A DNA stretch of 13,006 bases from contig JAURAC010000040.1 of NCBI GenBank assembly GCA_030586555.1, forward strand, positions 1 through 13,006, given 5' to 3'. Positions 1-6,394 of the stretch are shown piece by piece. This DNA comes from Candidatus Subterrananammoxibius californiae. GTDB taxonomy: Bacteria; Planctomycetota; Brocadiia; Brocadiales; Subterrananammoxibiaceae. Every line of letters starts with the position of its first letter. Position 1 is the first letter of the stretch. A model generated the notes under the pieces. That model searched no databases, was not told the DNA's origin, and saw nothing but the letters and a program-made list of their open reading frames with translations. A program made the translations under genes and the position numbers.

Positions 1-89
1 GAATGCCCTGAAGCCAAAAGCTCTTCTTGTTTTGCAAGGTCCTGTAATCTAAGACCTTTTGTTGCTACTTGTGTTGCTACAACACTCAT
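1..89 (-). CDS. porB: Pyruvate:ferredoxin oxidoreductase beta subunit, N-terminal fragment (continues beyond the window)
   Basis: Manual translation from the ATG at 89 gives MSVVATQVATKGLRLQDLAKQEELLASGH, matching the PorB start (ELLxxGH precedes xCxGC). GGGAG RBS upstream; follows porA in operon order. Confidence 0.85.
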   Translation of the reverse strand, partial: MSVVATQVATKGLRLQDLAKQEELLASGH

Positions 90-113
90 TGCGTTTATCT
101 CCCTACCCAAACA

Positions 114-183
114 GTTTAATTGGTCTCATTAGTTTCATTGGTTTTAACCAATTCGACCAATTAAACCAATCAAACCGATTGAT
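114..183. repeat. Inverted array of degenerate 9-bp units (ATTGGT-type x3, then ACCAAT-type x4)
   Basis: ttaATTGGT ctcATTAGT ttcATTGGT ttt aACCAATtc gACCAATta aACCAATca aACCGATt fills most of the porA-porB spacer. Confidence 0.8.
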
Positions 184-185
184 TT

Positions 186-1451
186 TCATTCTCTAAGCCC
201 TATATATTGAACAGGTATATCCGTCCGACCTGTATCTTTAATTTCATTTAATTTTAAGAAGACGTCTCTAATTTGTGCCACATTAATATCTCTTCCGCCG
301 AGGCCGTAAATAAAGCTTGCCATCTTGAAATTTGACTCGAAGGCAAAGGACCGCACTTCATTGAAGAGAGGACCGCCTTCGAGTCCAAAAGAGATTGACC
401 TATCAAAAATGCCTACTGCCCTGACATTTGCAAGGGCTTTTATGATTTGCCTGCCTGGGAACGGTCTAAAGACCCGCAGTTTTAAAAGCCCCGCCTTTAT
501 CCCTTCCTCTCTAAGTAAGTCAACGGCATCCTTTGCAGTGCCGGCGGTTGAACCGAGTAGCACGATTGCAAGTTCGGCATCATCGAGTTTGTAGGGTTCA
601 AAGAAGCCGTACTTTCTACCAGAGATTTTTTCAAACTCATTTCCTACCGTAGAAATTACTTTTCTTGAGCGTTCCATTGCCTCCACTTGCTGCCGTTTGT
701 GTTCAAAATAATAGTTTGGAAGGTCAAGAGGACCCATGGTTATCGGATTATCCGTATCAAGCAGGCTGCGCAGTGGTTCGTATTCACCCACAAATGCCTT
801 AACGACTTCGTCATCAAAAACCTTAAGCGCTTCAACCGTATGGCTGATGATGAAGCCGTCGAGTGTCACCATTACGGGAAGCTGGACATCGGGATGTTCG
901 GCAATTCTGAATGCCTGAATAGTGTTATCGTAAGCCTCCTGTGAATTTTCAGAAAAAAGCTGGATTAAACCCGTGTCGCGGCATCCCATTGTATCGCTAT
1001 GGTCGCAATGAATATTCAATGGTCCGCTAAGCGCCCTGTTTACATCAACCATTACGATTGGCAACCTGTAGGAGGCTGCTATATAAAGCATTTCCCACAT
1101 GAGGGCAAGACCCTGGGATGAGGTTGCCGTAATGGTTCGAGCTCCAGCCGCTGACGCTCCAATAGATGCACTCATGGCGCTGTGTTCTGACTCGACAAGC
1201 ATAAGCTCTGTATGAACCTCACCGTTTGAGACATAGTCGGCAAACTTATGCATCAGTTCCGTTTGTGGCGTTATGGGATAAACCGCTGCAACGTCCGGGT
1301 CAACCTGCTTAAAGGCAAGTGCAACTGCGTCATTACCTGTAAGGGCTACTCGCGTTTGAGTCCCGAGTCTTGTGTCATGTGTAGGGGCGTATTGCAATAC
1401 GCCCCTATCCTCAGAACTCCTGACTCCTGACTCTAAAAGGTTTTCTTTCAT
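186..1451 (-). CDS. porA: Pyruvate:ferredoxin oxidoreductase alpha subunit, with a repeat-derived N-terminal extension
   Basis: Motifs YPITPQT, VESEHSA, TATSSQGL, NRALSGPLNIHCDHSD and YGLGGRD. ATGA overlap with the porD stop (1448-1451) and GAGG upstream support the 1451 start. Confidence 0.95.
   Translation of the reverse strand: MKENLLESGVRSSEDRGVLQYAPTHDTRLGTQTRVALTGNDAVALAFKQVDPDVAAVYPITPQTELMHKFADYVSNGEVHTELMLVESEHSAMSASIGASAAGARTITATSSQGLALMWEMLYIAASYRLPIVMVDVNRALSGPLNIHCDHSDTMGCRDTGLIQLFSENSQEAYDNTIQAFRIAEHPDVQLPVMVTLDGFIISHTVEALKVFDDEVVKAFVGEYEPLRSLLDTDNPITMGPLDLPNYYFEHKRQQVEAMERSRKVISTVGNEFEKISGRKYGFFEPYKLDDAELAIVLLGSTAGTAKDAVDLLREEGIKAGLLKLRVFRPFPGRQIIKALANVRAVGIFDRSISFGLEGGPLFNEVRSFAFESNFKMASFIYGLGGRDINVAQIRDVFLKLNEIKDTGRTDIPVQYIGLRE
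1358..1433. repeat. Composite palindromic element: GTAG-type REP core (1381-1408) flanked by inverted 7-bp repeat arms, inside porA
   Basis: Perfect 26-bp palindrome TAGGGGCGTATTG|CAATACGCCCCTA (1382-1407). Left arm GAGTCCC GAGTCTT GTGTCAT; right arm ACTCCTG ACTCCTG ACTC. Confidence 0.85.
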
Positions 1452-1768
1452 TTAATTTCCTCTTTCATTACGATAGCTTTGTCCTTCGGAGTGCATTCCT
1501 TTGCGCAGATGCCGCAGCCCTTGCAGTGTTCGTAGTCTATTCCAACGACCTTGCCATCTTCAACAATAATAGCGGAATCGGGACAGTATATCCAGCAGCG
1601 CATGCACTGGATACATTTTTCTGCGTCCCGAATGGGCATATAAGTGCGCCATGTGCCCGTTTCAATACATGTGGAGCTTCCAGGCGCTGATATTACAGCC
1701 CCTGAAAGTTCGCACCAGGTTGGTAATTCTGCCTTATTGATGGTGGGGTGAGTCTTGGTTTTTGTCAT
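1448..1768 (-). CDS. porD: Pyruvate:ferredoxin oxidoreductase delta subunit (2x[4Fe-4S])
   Basis: TGTWRTYMP motif, CIQCMRCWIYCP and CKGCGICAKEC. ATGA overlaps at both ends. Confidence 0.95.
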   Translation of the reverse strand: MTKTKTHPTINKAELPTWCELSGAVISAPGSSTCIETGTWRTYMPIRDAEKCIQCMRCWIYCPDSAIIVEDGKVVGIDYEHCKGCGICAKECTPKDKAIVMKEEIK

Positions 1769-2343
1769 TCGCTTTGAACCTCTTTATATCCACGCTCGAT
1801 AGCGCTTATATTTCCCTGAATAATCTTGTCACTAAATTTTTTCGCAAATTTTTTCCTAACGTCATTTATAATTGTTTCCATCGAGAGGACGTTTGTAGCC
1901 TTTATTAATGCGCCAATCATGGGCGTATTAGGGATGGGCCTGCCAATCTCATCAATGGAAATCTGGGTGGCATTAACGGTAAATATTTTTATGCCGTTGT
2001 TAATAGAGAATTTCTTTCTGATACTGTCAGGGCTATCAGGTGAATTTATAATTAGTTTTCCGTTAGCCTTAATCCCTTCGCATACATTTTCTGACCCAAG
2101 TAAGGTATTATCAAGTACGGCGACAACGTCAGGATTATAAATGGGAGAATGTACCCTTACTTCAGATGTGCTTATCCGAGTATAGCCTTTTGTCGGTGCG
2201 CCCATGCGTTCAGGGCCGTAATCCGGGTAACCCTGGCTAAACTTTCCTTCATCAACTGCCAATTCTGCAACCCATGTAGCTGCAGTTTTTGCACCCTGAC
2301 CGCCCCTTGCGTGCCAGCGTATCTCTATCAGGTTATTTAACAT
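1765..2343 (-). CDS. porC: Pyruvate:ferredoxin oxidoreductase gamma subunit (porC/porG)
   Basis: EIRWHARGGQGAKTA, YGPERMGAP and PNTPMIGA motifs; first gene of the gamma-delta-alpha-beta operon. Confidence 0.95.
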   Translation of the reverse strand: MLNNLIEIRWHARGGQGAKTAATWVAELAVDEGKFSQGYPDYGPERMGAPTKGYTRISTSEVRVHSPIYNPDVVAVLDNTLLGSENVCEGIKANGKLIINSPDSPDSIRKKFSINNGIKIFTVNATQISIDEIGRPIPNTPMIGALIKATNVLSMETIINDVRKKFAKKFSDKIIQGNISAIERGYKEVQSE

Positions 2344-2376
2344 ATAATAAATCCCAAATATTCAAGCGTTAAAATC

Positions 2377-2405
2377 ATTATACAAGCCAATACATTATGT
2401 GTCAA
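2377..2405 (-). promoter_or_regulatory. Sigma-70 promoter of the por operon (perfect consensus)
   Basis: Minus strand TTGACA (2405-2400), 17-bp spacer, TATAAT (2382-2377); the -10 box ends 33 bp upstream of the porC ATG. Confidence 0.85.
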
Positions 2406-2440
2406 GGATTTTCAAACTTACTTTTGAAAAGGTAGGTATA

Positions 2441-3880
2441 TTAAAAGTGTATTGCCTTTCCTTCAACTGCATGGGCGGCTTCGTGGATGATTTCGGATAG
2501 GGTGGGGTGTGGATAGATGTTCCATGATAAATCGAGGGCCGTGGCTTCCAGTGACATGGCTAAGGACATCCCTCCTACGAGTTCGCCTGCATCTGCGCCT
2601 ATTATGTGAACGCCGAGTATCTCGCCGTATTGGGTGTCTGAGACTATCTTGATAAATCCTTCATCTTCACCTGATATTATTGCCTTGCTATTTGCCATTA
2701 ATGGGAATTTTCCAACCTTTATTTTGTGCCCTTGCGTTTCTGCCACTTGCTGGGTTAATCCAACGCTTGCCACCTGCGGATGGCTGAAGGTAACGGCAGG
2801 AATGGCGTTATAGTTTATAGGTGATGTTTCTTTTCCAGCTATGTGGCTAACTGCTAATATGCCTTCAGTTGAGGCTGCGTGTGCCAAAAGGGGGGGACCG
2901 GTCAAATCCCCTATGGCAAACAACCCTGGCTGGCTGGTTTCCATATGGTCATCAACTTTGATAAATTTACCATCGAATTCTAATTGCAAGTCTTCAATCC
3001 TTATATCTTCCGTTGCGGGTTTTCTTCCAAGTGCAAGAAGGAGTTTTTGTGCCTTTAGGGTAGGGGCGGGTTTGAAACCCGCCCCTACAATAGATTTTCC
3101 CTTGACTTCGACCTCTACCCCATCATTTTTTATATTTACCTTTTCGAGGGACGTTGATGTCAGGATATTTATCCCCCTTTTTGAGAATATCTTTTCGAGG
3201 GTTTCGCTTACCTCCTTATCTTCTGGAGGAAGGATGTGCTCCATTAATTCAATAATTGTTACCTGAGACCCAATAGCATTATAAAGGTAGGCAAACTCAA
3301 CGCCGACCGCGCCCCCTCCAGCAATAATGATGGATTTGGGAATTTGGCTCGTTCCCAAGCTGGAGCTTGGGAACGAGAGTATATCGTCACTTGTAAGCAC
3401 ATTCTTCTTGTCGTAAGGTATGCCTTTAAATATTACTGGAGATGAGCCAGTGGCGAGCATGACATTATCAGCCTCTATCTCGTTGACATCTTTTCCGTCC
3501 TTTTGTATAGAGACCTTTGTAGGGGATAAGAGGCGTCCAGTTCCTTCAAATACCTCGACAGAATTTTTCTTGAGAAGAAACTTCACCCCTTGAAAGAGCC
3601 TCCCTACGACAGCTTCCTTTCGCTTATGAAACAAAGAAAAGTCAAGGCTTACGTTATCAACGTGGATTCCATATTCTTGACTTCTTTTACACAACTGATA
3701 CAGATGTGCTGAATGAAGGAGGGATTTTGTAGGGATGCAGCCCCTATGCAGGCATGCTCCCCCCACCTTATCCTTTTCTACAAGAGCGACCTTTAGCCCA
3801 AACTGTGCCGCCTTGATTGCCGCTACATAGCCACCGGGTCCACCGCCGACTGTTATTAGATTAAATCTCTCTTCTGCCAT
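2441..3880 (-). CDS. lpdA: Dihydrolipoamide dehydrogenase (E3)
   Basis: FAD motif GGGPGGYVAA, redox disulfide GGACLHRGCIPTK, NAD motif GGGAVG, C-terminal HPTLSE. Confidence 0.95.
   Translation of the reverse strand: MAEERFNLITVGGGPGGYVAAIKAAQFGLKVALVEKDKVGGACLHRGCIPTKSLLHSAHLYQLCKRSQEYGIHVDNVSLDFSLFHKRKEAVVGRLFQGVKFLLKKNSVEVFEGTGRLLSPTKVSIQKDGKDVNEIEADNVMLATGSSPVIFKGIPYDKKNVLTSDDILSFPSSSLGTSQIPKSIIIAGGGAVGVEFAYLYNAIGSQVTIIELMEHILPPEDKEVSETLEKIFSKRGINILTSTSLEKVNIKNDGVEVEVKGKSIVGAGFKPAPTLKAQKLLLALGRKPATEDIRIEDLQLEFDGKFIKVDDHMETSQPGLFAIGDLTGPPLLAHAASTEGILAVSHIAGKETSPINYNAIPAVTFSHPQVASVGLTQQVAETQGHKIKVGKFPLMANSKAIISGEDEGFIKIVSDTQYGEILGVHIIGADAGELVGGMSLAMSLEATALDLSWNIYPHPTLSEIIHEAAHAVEGKAIHF
3060..3088. 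repeat. GTAG-type REP-like palindrome in frame within lpdA (encodes VGAGFKPAPT)
   Basis: GTAGGGGCGGGTTT-G-AAACCCGCCCCTAC with 14-bp perfect arms; near-identical to the intergenic copy at 4395-4424. Confidence 0.9.
3348..3377. repeat. Second palindrome family in frame within lpdA (encodes SFPSSSLGT)
   Basis: CTCGTTCCCAAGCT-GG-AGCTTGGGAACGAG with 14-bp perfect arms. Confidence 0.85.
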
Positions 3881-3904
3881 CTGGCTTTATAACCGTTGTC
3901 TGGC

Positions 3905-3930
3905 GCACGGACAAACGAGTTTGTCCATGC
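3905..3930. repeat. Intergenic palindrome of a third family (GCACGGACAAAC-GA-GTTTGTCCATGC)
   Basis: 12-bp arms with one mismatch between doxX and lpdA; no U-tract on the minus-strand side. Confidence 0.7.
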
Positions 3931-3963
3931 CACCACAAAAAGTGTTAGAAATAACGAGTATCG

Positions 3964-4371
3964 TTAAGTAATATTAGAGGGTCTATGAATTAGAGCATCG
4001 AGGCTTAACTTGCCTGGACCGTGTGCAATAATGGTGAAAAGTCCTCCCATAATGGTTAAGTTCTTCATGAACATAATCATCTGGAGTTGGACAGACAGCT
4101 CTGTATGAAATATGATGGTCGTGGGAATTAAAAAGACGAGGAGTATGATTACGCCTATCCTGGTCCAATAACCCAGTAGTACGGAGAGACCTCCAACAAG
4201 CTCAAAAACAATTGCGGCAACAAGGAAAAACCGTGTTGCTGGCATCCCATACGTTGCCATGTACTGTTGCATGCCAGCAGGGTCGGCGAGCTTACCTGCT
4301 GCGGAGATAAGGAATATATGTGTCAGAAATATGCGCCCCGCCAGGGCTAATGCCGTAGAACATTTTTCCAT
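3964..4371 (-). CDS. DoxX family membrane protein
   Basis: GRIFLTHIFLISAAGKL, ELVGGLSVLLG, FH, FMKNLTIMGG and GPGKLSLD motifs; about four hydrophobic segments; GGAG RBS. Confidence 0.9.
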   Translation of the reverse strand: MEKCSTALALAGRIFLTHIFLISAAGKLADPAGMQQYMATYGMPATRFFLVAAIVFELVGGLSVLLGYWTRIGVIILLVFLIPTTIIFHTELSVQLQMIMFMKNLTIMGGLFTIIAHGPGKLSLDALIHRPSNIT

Positions 4372-4394
4372 CCCAGTCTCTCCTTTTATTATCA

Positions 4395-4424
4395 GTAGGG
4401 GCGGGTTTTAAAACCCGCCCCTAC
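4395..4424. repeat. Intergenic GTAG-type REP-like palindrome
   Basis: Perfect 30-bp palindrome GTAGGGGCGGGTTTT|AAAACCCGCCCCTAC. Confidence 0.9.
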
Positions 4425-4438
4425 GAATGCTTCTTGTA

Positions 4439-4960
4439 CTACTCGACATACCCTTGCACATAAATTGTCTTTATGCCTTCTACCAGAGTGGATGTTCCTG
4501 TTACCTCCACGATGCTTGCCATATATTTAATCAATGTTTCACGAAGCTTTGTGCCCACATCCCTTCTCGGGTGGTGTTCCTCAGGTATCAGGATGTAAAC
4601 ATCCCCATTTTTGGTAAGAAGACCGATAGGCTCGCCATGTGTTGCGCATTTCTGGGCACAGTCCTTGTGCTTTGCGCCATGCTTTCCAAGTTGCAGATAG
4701 CAACTCATGTCAACAATTTCACCTACCACGGTTACAGCTTCTCCCTTCAATGGAACTCCTTTTACAGCGGCTTCAATGGTTGTTCCTGTCCAGACCTCTG
4801 CTGGCGTCTTACCTATCTTTGCGGCTGGTTTATCCCACGTCCCAGCCTCAGGAGCCATATCAGGGTTAAGGACATCTGCTGCTGCAATACGAGCATTCGT
4901 TGCGCATAGACAAATAGCCAAAATTCCAACAACTATGAATGATATTTTAAAACTACTCAT
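4439..4960 (-). CDS. Hypothetical exported protein with a Cys/His cluster
   Basis: Signal-peptide-like N-terminus; GEIVDMSCYL...HGAKHKDCAQKC...GEPIGLL; AGGGGG RBS. Confidence 0.75.
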   Translation of the reverse strand: MSSFKISFIVVGILAICLCATNARIAAADVLNPDMAPEAGTWDKPAAKIGKTPAEVWTGTTIEAAVKGVPLKGEAVTVVGEIVDMSCYLQLGKHGAKHKDCAQKCATHGEPIGLLTKNGDVYILIPEEHHPRRDVGTKLRETLIKYMASIVEVTGTSTLVEGIKTIYVQGYVE

Positions 4961-4983
4961 GGTTTAACCCCCTTTCTTTTGCC

Positions 4984-5205
4984 TTATAGTCTAATCACCT
5001 CAACGTCTATTCGATTCTTCACTTTATGTTCTGTCTCAAGAAGACGGTCTATCTGGTCAAGAATCTTTGCATGAAAATATCGCTCTCCGCATTCAGGACA
5101 AACTTCTGCTTTCACATTCTCAACTATGTACAATTTACCATGAAGCCAGTGTTGCCTCTTTACTTTCTTTTTTACTGTCTGACCTCTACAAAATTCGCAA
5201 ATCAT
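4984..5205 (-). CDS. YgiT-type (MqsA N-terminal-like) zinc finger protein
   Basis: CEFC...IVENVKAEVCPECGERYF signature; GAGG RBS. Confidence 0.88.
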   Translation of the reverse strand: MICEFCRGQTVKKKVKRQHWLHGKLYIVENVKAEVCPECGERYFHAKILDQIDRLLETEHKVKNRIDVEVIRL

Positions 5206-5268
5206 GTTTCCTCAGACTCGATAAGTCTTTCCCAGCTGATAGAGCCATTTTCGTTACAATACATAATG

Positions 5269-5472
5269 CTATTTCTGCCTTCGCAACAAAGCGTATTCAA
5301 TAACCCCCCAACCAGCCTCAACCATTGCGTCAGCAATACGTCGTTCTTCGTGTACAAGCACCTTTTTAGCATCATCTCTTGTTATTCGAATTCCGAATTG
5401 CCTGGAGTTCTCGATTACATCATCTACTATCCAACTTACATTTGCATAGGTCTTCTTTATCGTCATTTGCAC
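5269..5472 (-). CDS. Hypothetical protein (true start may be the ATG at 5466)
   Basis: 65-67 aa ORF co-oriented with its neighbours; AAAGG lies just upstream of the ATG at 5466. Confidence 0.6.
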   Translation of the reverse strand: MQMTIKKTYANVSWIVDDVIENSRQFGIRITRDDAKKVLVHEERRIADAMVEAGWGVIEYALLRRQK

Positions 5473-5614
5473 CTTTCTATATTGGCAAGTATTTTCTGTA
5501 AATTCTTTCAGAGGCTACCCGCTGTTCATAGTCGCACTACAGCCCTACACAAAAATGTCAGCAATCTATCTGTTGTGGCAGTCTTGCTGTGTCCACGAAG
5601 ATATGTTGCCAAAA

Positions 5615-6394
5615 TTATTCTTGATTAAACTTTGCGAAGTAAGCATCAATTTCCGGACGTAATTCTATTCCTGCTTGCTCAAAGCAGTCAAGCAAATCTT
5701 TGTAAGTCCCTTCGCCGGCAAGAAAGTCCCAAAATTCTTCAGCCACTTTTACTTCTTTCTTCAAGTCCAACATTCCTTTCATTGTCCAGCGTTTATACGG
5801 CTCTGGCTCGTAGGGATTGTATGGGATTGAAATAAGCGTGTTCGCTTTGGCTTTGGGATGCTGATAGAAGAAAACCGCTAACCACTCAAGCATATTTCTT
5901 TTGTATGAAATGAAATCACCTTTGTTTGGCTTTACCGTTTTCAGGTCAAACATAAAAACTTCGTCCTCGTGTGATACAAGAAATAAATCAACCTTCACAG
6001 ATTTGAGTTTATTTACTTCCCCTTTTTGAGCCGCCTTTCTAATCCTTTCCGTCTCTTCCGATTTACTTACGTCTCCACCGACTGAAAGGCCGTTCATTAT
6101 TTTTTGGATTTCATTCTGTGCCTCTTGGGTTATGACATTTCCAAGTTCGTATTGAGTATAAACTTCTTTGAATGTTCCTTTTGCAAGTTCTCGTGCAACG
6201 GGTTCGTAAATTGAAACTCCGAATGTTGTGTTTAACGATTGAATGAAAGAAAATAAAGCCATTCTGTCCTTTCCGAGCAAGCGGTAGTGAAAAGGCATAT
6301 TATCAGTCTCAGGTTTGTAATTTTTGAATTTCTCACTTAAACAAACTTTGATTGTTCCAGTGATATGTTCTTTATGTCTTTTAGATAATGCCAT
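5615..6394 (-). CDS. Type II restriction endonuclease, TdeIII/MjaII family (characterised members cut GGNCC)
   Basis: MPFHYRLLGKDRMALFSFIQSLNTTFG, a PD-(D/E)xK-like core VDLF...FDLKTVKPN, IPYNPY and EFWDFL; lies downstream of an MTase. Confidence 0.88.
   Translation of the reverse strand: MALSKRHKEHITGTIKVCLSEKFKNYKPETDNMPFHYRLLGKDRMALFSFIQSLNTTFGVSIYEPVARELAKGTFKEVYTQYELGNVITQEAQNEIQKIMNGLSVGGDVSKSEETERIRKAAQKGEVNKLKSVKVDLFLVSHEDEVFMFDLKTVKPNKGDFISYKRNMLEWLAVFFYQHPKAKANTLISIPYNPYEPEPYKRWTMKGMLDLKKEVKVAEEFWDFLAGEGTYKDLLDCFEQAGIELRPEIDAYFAKFNQE

Noticed and set aside
114..183. Possible CRISPR array
   Set aside because: Units are 9 bp, contiguous and partly inverted, with no unique spacers; no cas genes are present.
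4395..4424. Rho-independent terminator
   Set aside because: There is no U-tract after the stem on either strand, and the same sequence occurs inside lpdA, so it is better explained as a REP-like repeat.
5482..5612. TTGGCAA/TTGCCAA inverted ends around the REase-downstream spacer (MITE or attC?)
   Set aside because: Only 7 bp, with no target duplication and no RYYYAAC/GTTRRRY pair with internal dyad.
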